Below are positions 49,301-62,690 of a stretch of 64,000 nt of DNA, piece by piece (positions within the stretch are counted from its first letter, which is position 1; each line of letters begins with the position of its first letter). This DNA is from Phyllobates terribilis (taxonomy: Eukaryota): positions 244,094,001 through 244,158,000 of the forward strand of contig NW_027362773.1 of the NCBI RefSeq assembly GCF_046119375.1. Reading direction: 5' to 3'. The position numbers and the translations under genes are program-made. Below the pieces are notes generated by a model. The model searched no databases. It was not told the origin of the DNA and worked only from the letters and a program-made list of their open reading frames with translations.

Positions 49301-52300
49301 TTTTCCTCCCCGTGGTCAATCTGTGCACGACGTCCTGGGCAAAACCAATTGTACTTCTCCAGGGGGAATTCTTCTTGAATAGAAGCTCCCCAGAGATGTT
49401 GCTATGGCAACAACAATGCCTACAGGGTTTCTCTCTTGTGACACCATGGCAACGTACCCTCCAACCGAACCAATTTATCTAGTAGGATGCAGTTTTGTGA
49501 CTGACTCCAGCAATGTTTGCTCCCAGTATCACAGCTATACTCCAGTATCGTGTTACTCTCCTGCGGCTGCAAAACCAGATTTTATCATTTGAACAATTTG
49601 GTAGATATTTCTGACACATTCATCCTTTTATGTGCAACTTGTGTGATTGCAATAAATGTGCAGCAAACTGAAGTGCAATATATAAATGACTGTACACACA
49701 TTGCAGACAACAATCGCTCAGATTTTTGTGGATTTTTGTATCCGACGCAATCTATTCTGCTGAGACGAGGATTTCTGCACTGATTTTTAATCTTGCAGTA
49801 ACAGTGGGTGTTCTGCCTGGTCAAATCCTCTTTAAAATCCGATAACATGTTGTAGATTTGCTACGGATTGGTAAAAAGGAAAACTAAATCAAGAATTGTT
49901 TTTTCGGTTTCTGCTACATTTCCAAAAATGCAAAAAGAGGCCATCAAAACATTGTATCTACCCCAAAATAGTCTAACTAAAAACATCAGCTTGCCTAGCC
50001 AAAGAAAAGCACACTTTCACACAGTTCCATTACCCAAATAATCCGAAAATGAGGATGTTACCTGTCTTGAATAATGACACAAGCAAAAAAAACTTTTCTT
50101 AATAAATTTGTTATACATATACATATTTTTTTTCCTTGTTCATAATGACCTAGAGAATCATGTTATCTGGTCATTCTTACTCCATAAAAATAAAACCCAA
50201 AAAACAATTGCAGAATTGCTTGTTTGTTTTCCCTTTTCACTACACTTGTAATTTGTCACTATATTGTGTGGTAAAATGGATGGTGTCCTTCAAAAGTATA
50301 ATTCATCCCTCAAAAGTCAAGACCTCCTACAGCTATGTATACAAAAAAAAAAATTATGGCTCTTGTTGGAATATTGGTAGCAAATAAAAAAATCTTAAGG
50401 GTCTAAAGGAGAATTTCCAACTTGGACATTTTTTTGCATATTTGTCATAAATGTCTGATACATGTTGGTCCCATCTCTTGAATTTTTCTCTATCCACTTT
50501 TGAGATGGCAGCCACTTCTGTGGCACTTCAGTAAGTAGCCAAGCAGATTTGCAATTTTCTGAACTCCCATGGAAGTGAATGCAGATCCCATCAAAATGAG
50601 CAGGATCTTGCCAGAAAATCTTATGACTTTAGAGCTGACTATATTAGAAGTCCTTCTTCATGTTTCTATTTCCTTATTCTCCTTTTGAAAGTCCTGCTCT
50701 TCAGTCCTTCATACGTGGGGCATTAGGAGGGGATGTGTAGGAGGGAAGCTACAGCTCCTCGAGGTTTCTCGCTGCTCTGTTGCACCAGCCGCCTTTGTGC
50801 CTGTTATGCCCTGATGTGACCGACTTTCTTGCCTTCTCTTGCTCATCATTAAATAGTAACTGTATTTACTACCCTTGTCTGCTCACACTTACAATTCATT
50901 CATTGTGCGATAACCATCCTTGTCAGCCAAGTCATTAATTGTGCTTTTGTTTCCTCAGGAAGCCAATCTGGATTCCTCGTCTCCTAGAGTAAGTTTTCAT
51001 CCTCTGTCTTTGGAAGAGATTCATGAGGTTGTAGCTCGTGGCCAATTTACCCTAATAGTAGGAAAGTAACAAGATTCTTTGATAATGAGCAAAATATTGT
51101 ATACTTAAAGGGGTTGTACAGGACTTTTTTTTTATTTATTATTTTTTACGGACCCATCCATTGTAACAACTCTCAAACCTCTTCACCAAATATGTAAGTT
51201 GTCACTAACTTTTAAGGATTGCGCACATATTTCTGTTTTGCACCTTACAAATCTGACTCTAAATTCCTTTACTGATATCGCTTCAATTTCTGCTGTGTAT
51301 AAGCAGTCTGAACCTTAGGCCGCATTCACACGTCCGCTTAAAAAAAATGTACTCGTGTGACAGTCCATTTTTACTATCCATGTTGTTTTCTGTTGGCCGT
51401 CTGCGTAACAAGTACTGAAACAGAAATTAAAGATTTTTGTGTGTTTTAAAGATGTGCAATAGTAGAGATAAAAATGAGTTAAATAGATGATATATAATTT
51501 TTGGCTTGCATGTGTAGCTTACTGTACATGTATTAACCAAATAAATAAATAAGACAACGTTTAGTCCCCCCCCGTCCCCCCCCCATTTTTAGTAACCAGC
51601 AAAGGTAAAGCAGACGGCTGAGAGTTGATATTATCAGGCTGGGAAGGTCCATGGATATTGCCCCTTCCCAGTCGTAAAAATACCATCTCGCAGCCGCCCC
51701 AGAAGTGGAAAATCACACGAGATGCTCCAATTCTCGCTTTTCCCAATTGCCCTGGTGTGTTGACAATCTGGGTAATGGGACTTGGGGTTGATGTCAGCTG
51801 TGAATTGTCCAAAAACACAGGTGACAGCAAGCCCTGGTGTTAGTAATGGAGAGGAGTCTATCAGACACCCCAATTATTAACCCAGTAATCATAAAAAAAA
51901 ATATTACTTTATTTAAATAAACACTCCCTGACACTTTCACTGCTTCACCTCTTTATTTAAAAAAAACAAAAAAAAAAAAACAAGAAAAAACTCTGGTCTG
52001 TCGTAGTCCACCGAATGGAAACCTGGAAGGAACATACACACAACACAGAGAAATAAAAGTCTTTCCCTTGTTTACCTCTTTACTAAAAAAAAAGTTCCCA
52101 AGCAGGTCCGACCGAATCAGTCGTAGTCCACCAAATCCTGCATGCCAAGACTATGGAGCCTTGTTCTGAAGCTCCATAGTATTTGCAAACAGCCACTGCT
52201 GGTCACGCTGTATTACGCAAGACCTGGCAGCTCTGAACAGCTGTGACGTCATTAATGTTGCCGCTCATCAGTTGACTCAAAGTATTTTTTGGCTGGAAAG

Positions 52301-55300
52301 GACCCAATAACCAGGGACCTTCTCAGCCTGATAATATAAGCCTGCAGCTGTCTGCTTTACCTTTGCTGGTTACCAAAAATAAGGGAGACCCCACGTCATT
52401 TTTTTTCATTTATTAGATTAATGCATGTACGGTAAGCTACACACGCAAGGCACTAATTGTATATCTCATGGATATCTATTCTATCTATTAATCTATCTAT
52501 TTATCTTTGTGCATATTTAACACCTAAAAATCTGTAATTTCTATTCCTCTACGTTTCTCATGGATGGCAAATGGAGGACATGCGTATTGTCAAACACGGA
52601 CATGTGTGCAGCCCCATAGATTATAATTATTCGTGTGCACGTTTCTCCAGTACGTGTGAAAACAGATGCCACGTGTATCGGAAACACGGGCGTGGGAAAG
52701 GGGGCCTTAGAGTTAGCGCCATTCATACTTATCTGCATTGACTAGTCCACTGGCTTTTTTTGGGCACATAATGTGCACACGCTATTTATTTATTGCAGAT
52801 TTTTATTTTTTTGTATGTGCAAATTTGCATTTAGAAGCAAAATCCGTAACATCCACATAAATTCTGATGTGTAATCGTGCCCTATTTTAAATTTGAAGTA
52901 ACTTGTGCAAGTGAAAGGCGCTGGATAACCTCTTTTAAGTCTCTGAAAAGCTATTAGGAGGGAACATTAGCAGGAGAAAAAAATGCGTTTGATCCCTTTT
53001 ATTATATATGTCTACCATTTCAATGATGCAACCAGCCCTTTATATAAGTCATTTCACTAGGTGTGTATTGCTCTTACTCAAATTCCGAAATGCAATATTT
53101 CATAAGCTGTAAATCATTGTTTTTAGCATTAATCCATACAAGTCGAGCCAGAAAGCCTCATTCTCGGAGCAGTATAGCAGAGACTTGGAGGAGCAGAACA
53201 GGTAAGAGACCATACTTGTACATGGTGAAACTTTGTCTTACTTTAGGCCAGTCCAAATTTTACAGCATTGCAAAGGGTGAAATCCGTGACAGATCGGACG
53301 TCACTAAGCCCAATGCAGACTTCATCCCCTACATATACTCCACTGAGTGTCCACACAGTATTGTCCACATGGCTTATCAGCGAATGATTGACAGACATGC
53401 TTTCTTCATACATACATACATGATTGAAGAGTTTGTATGCCGATATATAGATTAACAGAAACAAAGGTGTAGATGCCCTTTCTATGCCAAGAAGACCCTA
53501 CTAGATTGAAAACCGCTAGGTCACATTTCTAACAACTACACTTCGCCCCCTTCAGGATTTGCAGCAAACTCTCCATCGCTGTCAGTAGTCTCCCCCTTAC
53601 CCATGTACACATCGCTTCCTACGTGCATGGTAGTAGATGTGGAGAGTTGTGAGTAATGCTTAGGAGTACTATGATACATACTGATGCCTTTTGTATTTCC
53701 AGCATTGAGGAACTCTTTGGGAAGAAACATAACTTTACTTCTGGAACAGAGGAATATTGTGAGCGATACCAGTACTCCCAAAACAGTAAGTCAGGACAGT
53801 TCTTATTTGTACGGTCAGGGCAAATTGATGTCGAGCAGTTAATAGCGAATTTTATGTTTAGCCATTGCCTGGAATAGATGATCGACATTAGTGGTTCCTC
53901 TGTAAATAATGGCCAATATGCCCCTATAGTGAAACATGACAAAACGTAAAGGTGTACACCATGTTTTTCGGACTATACAACACACCCCAGGTTTAGACAT
54001 CAGAAAATGGCAATTTCCTACTGTGTAAAACTTGAACAGGTCAATGCCACAAATTTTTGAGCTATTGGTTGGTAATAGTTAAGTGAGCTCTCTATAGTAT
54101 GCACATTATATTACATGCAGCTGTATAGCATCCACATTATCACACAAGCCTGCTCTGCGTGCAACACTGCTGTACATACAGACGCACACAACACGATTGC
54201 ACCAACAGTACATACATATACACCTTTTCAGTATGTACACGTGTATACACAAACAGCTCTGCTGCACGCACAGTACATGCACACACAGTTCATACACACA
54301 CAACACTGGAGTATGCTCATAACAGTGGCAAATAAAACTTTGGGCACCCCTGGTCAAAATTACTGTTATTGTGAACAGTTAAGCAAGGTTGAAGAAGAAA
54401 TTATCTCTAAAAGACCTAAAGTTAAAGATAACCTATTTCCTTTAGGCAAATAAATTTTATATATATAGATTTTTTGTTTTCCATCTTTTACACGGAAAAT
54501 AAGCCAATGCAAAAGTTTGTGCACCCTGCATGGCATGGTTCGTACCTAGTTAGCGCCCCCTTTTGAAAGTATCACAGCTTGTAAATGCTTTCTTTAGCCA
54601 GACAAGTTCTGGCTTGTCCCTCAGTTGTTTGAGGGATTTTCATCCATTCTTCCTTGCAAAATTCTTCCAGTTCTGTGAGATTCCTGGGTCATCTTGCATG
54701 CACTGCTATTTTGAGGTCTAGCCACAGATTTTCAATGGTGTTCAGATCAGGGGACTGTGAGGGCCACTGTAAAACCTTCAGCTTGCGCCTTTTGAGGTCG
54801 TCTATTGTGGATTTTTACGTGTGTTTTAGGATCATTATCCATTTGTAGCTGCCCTCTTCTTTTCAACGAAAGCTATTTTACAGATAGTGTTATGGTTGCA
54901 TCAAGAGTTTGTTGAAATTTCATTGAATCCATTCTTCCCTCTACCCGTGAAATATTCCCCGTGCTATTAGCTGCAACATAACCCCAAAGCATGATTAATC
55001 CACCACCATGCTTAATGGTTGGCGAGATGTTCTTTTCCTGAAATTCTGTGCTCTTTTTCTCCATGCATAACTTTGATAATTATGGCCAAAGAGTTCTTTT
55101 TTAACCTCATTGGTCCACAGGACTTTTTTCCAAAATGCATCAGGCTTGGTGATGTTCTTTTGCATACTTCTGAAGCTGAGTTTTATGGTGAGGATGCAGG
55201 AGAGGTTTTCTTCTGATGACTCTTTCATGAAAGCCATATTTGTGCAGGTGTCTCTGGAGTTGTGGTACACTGTCCTACTGTTCAGAGTCTGCTAAATGTT

Positions 55301-57430
55301 TCTGAAGGTCTTTTGCAGTCAAGTGGGGATTCTGATTTGCTTCTCTAACAATCCTACGAGCAGCTCTCACTGAAATTTTGCTTGGTCTTCCAGAGCTTAT
55401 CTTGACCTTCACTTTTCCTGGTAGCTGCCATTTCTTAATTAAATTTCAAACTGAGGAAAGGTTGTCTGTAGTAGGATGAAGTAGGTGCCGGGAAAAAATC
55501 TGCGCTTCTCCGTAGTGAAGAAATTTGACTAGAGATTGTATAATTAAACAATCTTGTAGTTTATTGCTACAAGCTACGATTACTACGCGTTTCGTGGACG
55601 TCCCGTCCACTTCCTCAGGTACATAGCTGAGGAAAGGGCAACTTGAAAACGCTTTTCTATCTTCTTATAGCCTTCTCCTGCTTTGTGGGCCTCCATCGTT
55701 TTCAGAGTGCTAGGCAGCTGCGTAGAAGAAGCCATGGCTGCTGTTTTTTGGCACAAGGTTAGAGGAGGCTGGGTTGTTATAAATCTGGGAAATTTGCATC
55801 GCCTGGCCTTTCCTAAAGATGACAGTGAACAAGCCATAACCCTAACAAGCCAATTAAGGTCTGAAACCTTGTTCAAAGTTATCTGAGCGCACACATCTCC
55901 AAGGGTGCCCAAACTTTTGCTTGGGCCCATTTTTCTTTTTTGTAATTTTTAAAATGTAAAATATGACTATATATATTTATATTGTGTGTCATCTTTAACT
56001 CTAGACCTTCTAGAGTAAGGCTGTGTGCCCACGATGCGTTTTTTATGCGTTTCCGCAGCGGCAAAAACGCTGCAGAAATTCTTAAAAAATGGTAGAAGGT
56101 CTGCCATGTCTCCCAATGATAATCCGCATGTGCTGTGCACATGCTGCGGAAATTTCCGCTACGGATTATCATTGCGGAAAAAAACGCAGCACTACCAATT
56201 ATTTTGCGGAAGCGCTGCATTTTCGCCGCCATTGACTTGCATTAGAATGCGCCAATTCCGCAAGACTGCATCTGTAGTTGCGTAATTGGCGCATTCTAAT
56301 GTGCAGATGGTACCCGGGTGTAGAAGAGAGGAGAGTCTCATCCACACCCAGGTACCATTAAAAAATCTGTAAAAAAATAAAATAAAATAAAAAATAAATG
56401 TATACTTACCTTCTGGCGGTGCGCTCCTCCTTGTTTCCCGGCACTTCGCGATGGAATGAAGGACCTGCGCTGACGTCAGAGTCATGTGACGGGTCACGTG
56501 ATGCTGACGTCGGCAGGTCCTTCAATCCACCGCTGCCGGGAGCCGGGACGGTGAAGCAAGACAGCGCGGGCCATCGGAAGGGAAGTATACATTTATTTTT
56601 TTATTTTTTGACATTCTCTAGGTCACACTATATAAATCCATGCCAGTTGTACGGATTTATATAGTGTGACCAAGTTGTCAAGCACTTTCCAAGTGATGCT
56701 AAAATCTGTTGGAAAGCGCTTGTCAACCCGCATGCGGAAATGCATGTGAAGAACTCTTCACATCCGCATGTCCCTGGCAGGAAAAACACATGTACAATCC
56801 GCGTGTACAATCCACATGCGTTTTTTTCTGCCAGGGAGATGCAGAAACGCTCAGGAAAAAATCCTGAGCATTTCTGCATCGTGGGCACATAGCCTTAAAG
56901 ATAACACACTAATTTTGACCAGGGGAGGCCAAACTTTTCCATGCCACTGTGTGATGCACTCGAACTTAGTAATTTAGTACCAGATGTAAAGTCTCTTATT
57001 CCCCAACCTTTTAAATTGCTTTCTGGTGAATGATAAAATGACTGACATGATGGATCCTCCAGCTAATAAGAACCCTTGATCATATATGATCAATATATTT
57101 TAAGATTTTATCATGCATCCCCCTTCCTCTTCCTTGCGTTCCAGTTCTGTATTGAGAGTCTGGACATTGACAAATAACCGCACCGGTGGCTTTCTATACA
57201 AGGCCCATCCTTATTTGTGGTACTTTCATATTGCATGTTCAGGTATTGGCAAAAAAAAAAAATGCACTAATGAAAAATATATATATATTTTTTTTTAACC
57301 TAGGCAAGCAGTACAACTCTGACGATCGCAGAGAGAAGCTTTATCTGAAGTTTTATCAGCAGATACAAGATGAATACCACAAGGAGAGACCTTCAGACTG
57401 TGTGATTGTTGCTATCAGCAAGGATCAGAT
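46372..57430 (+). CDS. Unidentified multi-exon protein-coding gene (N-terminal 124 codons; 3' end unresolved)
   Basis: Exons 46362-46430 (ATG 46372), 50959-50988, 53127-53201, 53703-53785 and 57304-57430. Each has a pyrimidine-rich AG acceptor and a GTAAG donor, with phases 2,2,2,1,2 and no stop. Translation: [124 protein letters not shown]. Confidence 0.8.
47356..48331. mobile_element. hAT-type MITE with a perfect 8-bp TSD, carrying a minisatellite
   Basis: CTGTAGAG on both sides (47348-47355, 48332-48339). Termini are CAGGGATGTTAAA / TTTAACATGTATG. Confidence 0.85.
47437..48260. repeat. 32-bp minisatellite, ~25 copies in variant blocks
   Basis: Unit GGAGTAGTGGGCCCTCACGCAGGCC(T/A)CCAT(G/A)C. 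Confidence 0.97.
49398..49453. promoter_or_regulatory. Paired RFX X-box motifs
   Basis: GTTGCTATGGCAAC (49398-49411) and GACACCATGGCAAC (49440-49453). Confidence 0.5.
51318..52706. mobile_element. Large Harbinger-type foldback MITE
   Basis: TTA-GGCCGCATTCACACG...CGTGGGAAAGGGGGCC-TTA. Internal inverted arms are shared with the 59.2-60.8 kb element. Confidence 0.8.
54323..56949 (-). mobile_element. Tc1 relic with long TIRs, interrupted by a MITE
   Basis: Ends CAGTGGCA..TTTGGGCACCCCTGGTCAAAAT / ATTTTGACCAGGGGAGGCCAAAC..TGCCACTG. Fragments read [25 protein letters not shown] and [12 protein letters not shown]. Confidence 0.88.
56019..56894. mobile_element. Harbinger-type MITE, inverted relative of 37381-38229
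   Basis: GGCTGTGTGCCCACGATGC...GCATCGTGGGCACATAGCC with TAA/TTA flanks. Confidence 0.85.
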
Positions 57431-58877
57431 GTAAGTCTATAAGAGCATAGCATGTACATAGGCAGGGCGGCCTCCCAGGGGCACGTCATGTCACCGCAAG
57501 CTTGCTATGGTATATTACATGTGTATTAGAGAATGGCTAGTCTTCCTTTTGCTGCTGCCAAAGGTAAGCTTTATATTTTCCCTCTGCATCTAAGGCTCAT
57601 TTTCTTTAGTTAAATACGATATAGTATAACCATATTAATATCTGTCAATCTTTTTATTATGGTGTCATTTTTTTTTTTTTTATTACTTTGGCTGTACAGT
57701 TAGATTGCAGTATAAAACCGCAAAGAGAAAGAAGTTAACCACAGAGGGATCGCCGAACAATAATAAATACTTATTGAAATATAAACCAAAACTATAATAA
57801 AAAACATTTAAAAAGCCTAAAATGTCTGTGAAAAAAATACCCTCGGACAAGCCTAAAATAAAGCTTAAGTCTGCTCTTTTAGGCTTTTTAAAAGTTTTTA
57901 TTACATTGTGGCTTATTTATTCTTGTTAGGTGATCTTTTCTCCCTATTTTTGATATGCCGAGGTTGACCCCTCTTCTTTTTTGTTAGTTTGCAGTATATT
58001 TACAAAAAGTATTAAACTAGGGATCAACTCAATAACTGGAGAGAAAAAAAATGTAAGTGTTGTGTATGGATGTCCCAGGATAAGATACATCTGTTTGGGA
58101 AAGTTGGGATAAACCACAAAAAAATAATATAATTGTTAGACACCTATGATCTATTCCTTATTTCCCGCGTCATATTTGCATCTCATGGCGGTCAAAACAT
58201 TTCATTTTAAACTTGATAAATGTCCCCCTGATACGCAGACATAAAACCGTCTATTAAACGGTAATGTGAAAATGCATTGTCTAAACAATAGAAAAACAAT
58301 GGTCAATTATTGCACAAAATACACCAAAGCTTTCATTACTAGCTGACTTATGTCACTTTTGATAGCTCATTATTTTTTATTTTATTTTTTTTTGCCTTAT
58401 ATTTTAACTATTTTCATTTATCTCCAAGATCTGTAATATTCGCATGTGATTCCACGTTCTGCTTAAGGCAAAATAGAAACTGCTCACAGGGATGTAATCC
58501 TTCACACATGACCTTTTTTAACACTTTTACTTTGGCAGGAGAAATGGCTATGAATATGCTGTTTAGTCTCAGAAGCACAGAATTTCAGAAATGCAAAAAA
58601 TGAAATTATTTTTTCTTTTATGTAATTTAATAATATTTTGAGCCCCTTGCCTTGAATGAAAGCTGTTTGGTACTTGATAGGCTCCCCCCCTTCATAATAT
58701 ACAATATATTTGCAACTATTAAATGCACTTTTACTAACAATAAATCTGGAGTATTTTTGGGGGCTAGTGTGGCCTAGCCAGTCTACCTCCACCTCTGTGC
58801 CTGTTCTTCTTGCATACATCTTTTGCAGCAACAGTGGACTAGCTGCTACTTTTTTGTTCGACACAGCCATCCCCTTA

Positions 58878-59532
58878 AGGGTTCGCTCACATCTGCAGAT
58901 ATAAAATCGCTGAGATTCTCAGCCAGAAAAGTTGGTGTCAGATTTTTTTTTTTCTCACCTATCATTCGTATGTCACACGTATGCAATCCGTATACAATGC
59001 GTTTTTAACATCAGCATTCACATACTGTAATTCTCTCTGTAATTTAAAGCTAGATTACAAGCTAATTATAGCAATCTAGTATACAAATATAGATAGAATA
59101 AATAGGATAGATGTCCTGTAGATATTTAATGTCGCAAGCCCCCTATATATAATAAACTAGCACACTTTAGTGCCTTTCATGTGGCACTAAAGACTGTTTA
59201 CCCTTATTTAACCTATTAAATAATATAAAAAAAAATTGCGTGCCCCCCCCCCCCTATTTTTAATAACAAGCAGACAGTTGGGGGCTGATATTAATAGTCT
59301 GAGAAGAGCCATGGATATTGGCCCCTTCCCAGACTAATAACATCAGCCCTCAGCCCCCTCAGAAATGGCGCATCCATTAGATTCACCAATTCGGGCGCTT
59401 GGTCTTGGCAATCAGGGTAATAATTCTGAGGTTAATGTCAGCTTTGTAATGTGTCCTGACATCAAGCCCAGGGGTTAGTAATGAGGAAGTGTCTATCAGA
59501 CGCCCCCAAATACTAACCCCGTAAGTTAAAAG

Positions 59533-59604
<72 letters not shown>

Positions 59605-61020
59605 CTTGTAAAAAGCACTCCTGACAATTACCCTCTTTTACCAATTTAATTCCATTTAAAAGGTAATCTAAAGGGTCTGCTGAGATCCATAATATGGACG
59701 TCCCACGACGATCCCCGACTTTGCTACGTCCGCAGGCTGTGATGAGCGATGACATCAGTAACGTGACCTCTCACCACGGCCGCCAGAACACACTGAGAGT
59801 ATATTGAGAACCGGCGCTAGCGAAGAACCGTGAGTTCATTACGGTTACCACAGGTCACTGCCGCCGTTTCTCACGGTAACCTCTGTGTGAGCTACCAGCT
59901 CTGAACTGCCGTGAACTCCGTAAGGTTACAGCAGTTCACAGCTGGCAGGCTCACGCTGTCCTCTGCAGCTCACACAGAGGTTACCAGGAGAACCGCCGGC
60001 TGGCTGTGACCTGCAGTAACCTTAATGACCTCACCGCTCTTCACTGCCGCTGGTTCTCATGATACTCTGTGGGTTCCGGCGGCCGTGATGAGCAGTAATG
60101 TTACTGATGTCACCACTCATCACAGCCTCTGAATGTGGTAGAGTCGTGGGATGTCCATATTGATTACGGCAGATCCTTTTGGATTACTTTTTTTAAAATG
60201 GTGTAAAAGAGGGTAATCGTCAAGGAGTGCTTTTTACAAATAAAGGACTTTTTTGTGTTTAATTTATGGGGTTAGTAATGGGGGTGTCTGACAGACGCCT
60301 CTCCATTACTAACCCCTGGACTTGATGTCAGCACACATTACAAAGCTGACATCAACCCCAAAACCTTTACCCAGATTGCCAACACACTAGGGTAATTTGG
60401 AAGAGCCGAGGCTAGGTGCCAGAATTGGAGCATCTAATGGATGCACAATTTCTAGGGCGGCTGAGGGCTGGTGTTAGTCTGGGAAGGGGCCAATATCCAT
60501 GGCCCTTCCTAAACTATTAATATCCGCCCCCAGCTGTCTGCTTATTAAAAATAGGGGGGACCCCACATCATATTAATTTTTTTGGGGGGTACCCACTTCT
60601 TAATAACCAGTAAAGGCTAATCAGACTTCTGCGGGCTGATATTTGTAGTCTGGGAAGCTACAAAGATATTTGCCCCTTCCCAGAATAATAACACCAGCTC
60701 ACAGCGGTCTTCTTTCCCTCAGCTGGTTAGTAAAAATAAAGGGGACCCCACGCCATTTTTTTTTTTTCATTCATTTATTAGCTAAATTCAAGTACAGAAA
60801 ACTACACACGCAAAGCAGTAATTCTATATCTCATTGACCTCTTTCTATCTATTCTGATAGTTTACGCTGTGAATTTACTGTACTTGGCTGATGAAATGTC
60901 TGGTTTCCCTTGAGATGTGTGTGTAAAAATCGGACAGCACACTCATGGTTCATGTGCTGTGGAATTATTTTTTTTTGCACCCATTGACGTTCATTGAGTC
61001 TTGGCCGTTTTACGCTGCCA
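58878..61020. mobile_element. Large foldback non-autonomous element (arms ~59250-59750 and ~60100-60760), containing a (CA)n tract at 59536-59601
   Basis: Long inverted arms, e.g. CCATGGATATTGGCCCCTTCCCAGACT / AGTCTGGGAAGGGGCCAATATCCATGG. Same family as 51318-52706. The outer boundaries are approximate. Confidence 0.7.
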
Positions 61021-61190
61021 TACGCAGCATGCTGTTTTTTCTTTCCCTCACCCCAATTCCAGGTGAGGAAGAGCTCGCAGATGAACACTGCCTTATTTTA
61101 TTTTTTTCTTCCCTTGTTCTCTCTGATTTTATATGCAGATGTGAGCAAACCTTTAGAGGGAGTCTTTCAGCAGTCATCCTCTACTTCTTG

Positions 61191-62050
61191 AAACCTATCT
61201 GCCGACCATATGATACATGGTCCGCAAATCCCTGTAATGAAAGCAAAACCAACAAGAGAGTATTTTTGGAGAGAAAAATTGGAATATAAAAAGAGAAAAA
61301 GATTTTCTCCAATAGGGATAATTGTCTGTCTACTTGTAGGTACTCTCCAAAAGAACACACATAAGGGATTTTAATTATAAATATATACTTTATTGAAAAA
61401 TGTATTAATGTAATAAAATTTCAGAGCAGCTCTGCACCCTTAGCATTCCTTTCCACGCTGCCTCTGACTTTATCGATATGACCCAAGGTAATGGAAGTAT
61501 AATGTTATTAGTTATGATTTGTTGATGGAACATCTCATAGTGCAATTATTATGCTTATAGTTTACTTTTTTGCACTTAATTGCTCTGATACCTTACTATA
61601 TATACTTAATATACAGGGCCATTCGTTATATGCTATATATTTCCTTATCTTCACTAGCTTCCCTCATGGGATTTCTAACTGAAATTATCTGGCATGGCCA
61701 GTGCTAGAATCTCCATTTCAAGTCATTGGCAGTATACTAACATCTGTTATACATTGAATGCTATTTTGGGGTGTTAGTCTCTTTGCAGTATTATTCATCT
61801 CACTCTGCCTTCCTCTGGTTGTCCCTCCCCCCTCCCTCCTTTGTTGCCCTCATTCTGTCCTTTCTTTATTTATATTGATTGAAATGTTATTACATTAATA
61901 CATTTTTCAATAAAGTATATATTTATAATTAAAATCCCTTATGTGTGTTCTTTTGGAGAGTACCTACAAGTACAATTATCCCTATTGGAGAAAAACTTTT
62001 TCTCTTTTTATATTCCAATTTTTCTCTCCAAAAATACTCTTTTGTTGGTT
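61191..62050. mobile_element. 860-bp insertion with a 15-bp TSD and asymmetric ~175-bp inverted repeats (Penelope-like or other TPRT product)
   Basis: ATCCTCTACTTCTTG at 61176-61190 and 62051-62065. Inverted arms are 61247-61423 and 61880-62050. Confidence 0.7.
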
Positions 62051-62690
62051 ATCCTCTACTTCTTGGCCTGTATGCACTCGCTTATCGCCTCTAAAGTGAC
62101 CCGGCTGCTGCATGCCCAAAGCATTTAATAGTCCGGGCTTATGTTTCCAGTAAGACAGGAGAAGAGCATGGCCGGAGGCTTTAAAGGGAATGTGTTTTAA
62201 ATCGGGTTTTTATGTTAAATATTCTCTTCTAGACTCACACTTCCATTTGTTTCAGGAAATCTTCATGCACATTAGCAGCAATAGTCTGACTCAGACCACA
62301 TGTTTTGTGTTAACGCATCTAATGAGTGTGTGCAAAGGCTATTGTGAAGGGAGAGGGATCAGCTTTGACACCTCTTATTGTGATTGGTGGATCTGGTTAT
62401 CAGCTGTGTATAGAGGCGTTACCTGTCATTGTAATCCTGTCTCTGGTGATAATGAGCCTGATGAAAACTCTTCCTAAAAGGACAAGAAGTATGGAAGTAA
62501 CTTAAAAGCCTGATCTAAACACTAGGTATTATTTTGATGAGACATTTCGTTGTAAGTGTCTCATGAGACACCTTAGACCCAGCTGATGCCGAGAACACAC
62601 AGATGGGAGCTGTTGTAGTTAGGTAAGCTTGTGCCACAGCAGAATGGAAGTAGTCACAATGTCTGACCTCCTCTTACAGGTAACTGACTA

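Noticed and set aside
46372-57430. Assigning the unidentified gene to ZNF423, SFT2D2, GPR161 or C16orf78 by synteny
   Set aside because: The spliced peptide does not resemble the recalled sequences of any of these.
59383-59598. ORF MCVCVCVC..
   Set aside because: It is a (CA)n microsatellite translation.
61400-61900. Hammerhead ribozyme expected if the insert is Penelope-like
   Set aside because: No CTGATGA..GAAA core was found by eye on either strand, so none is claimed.
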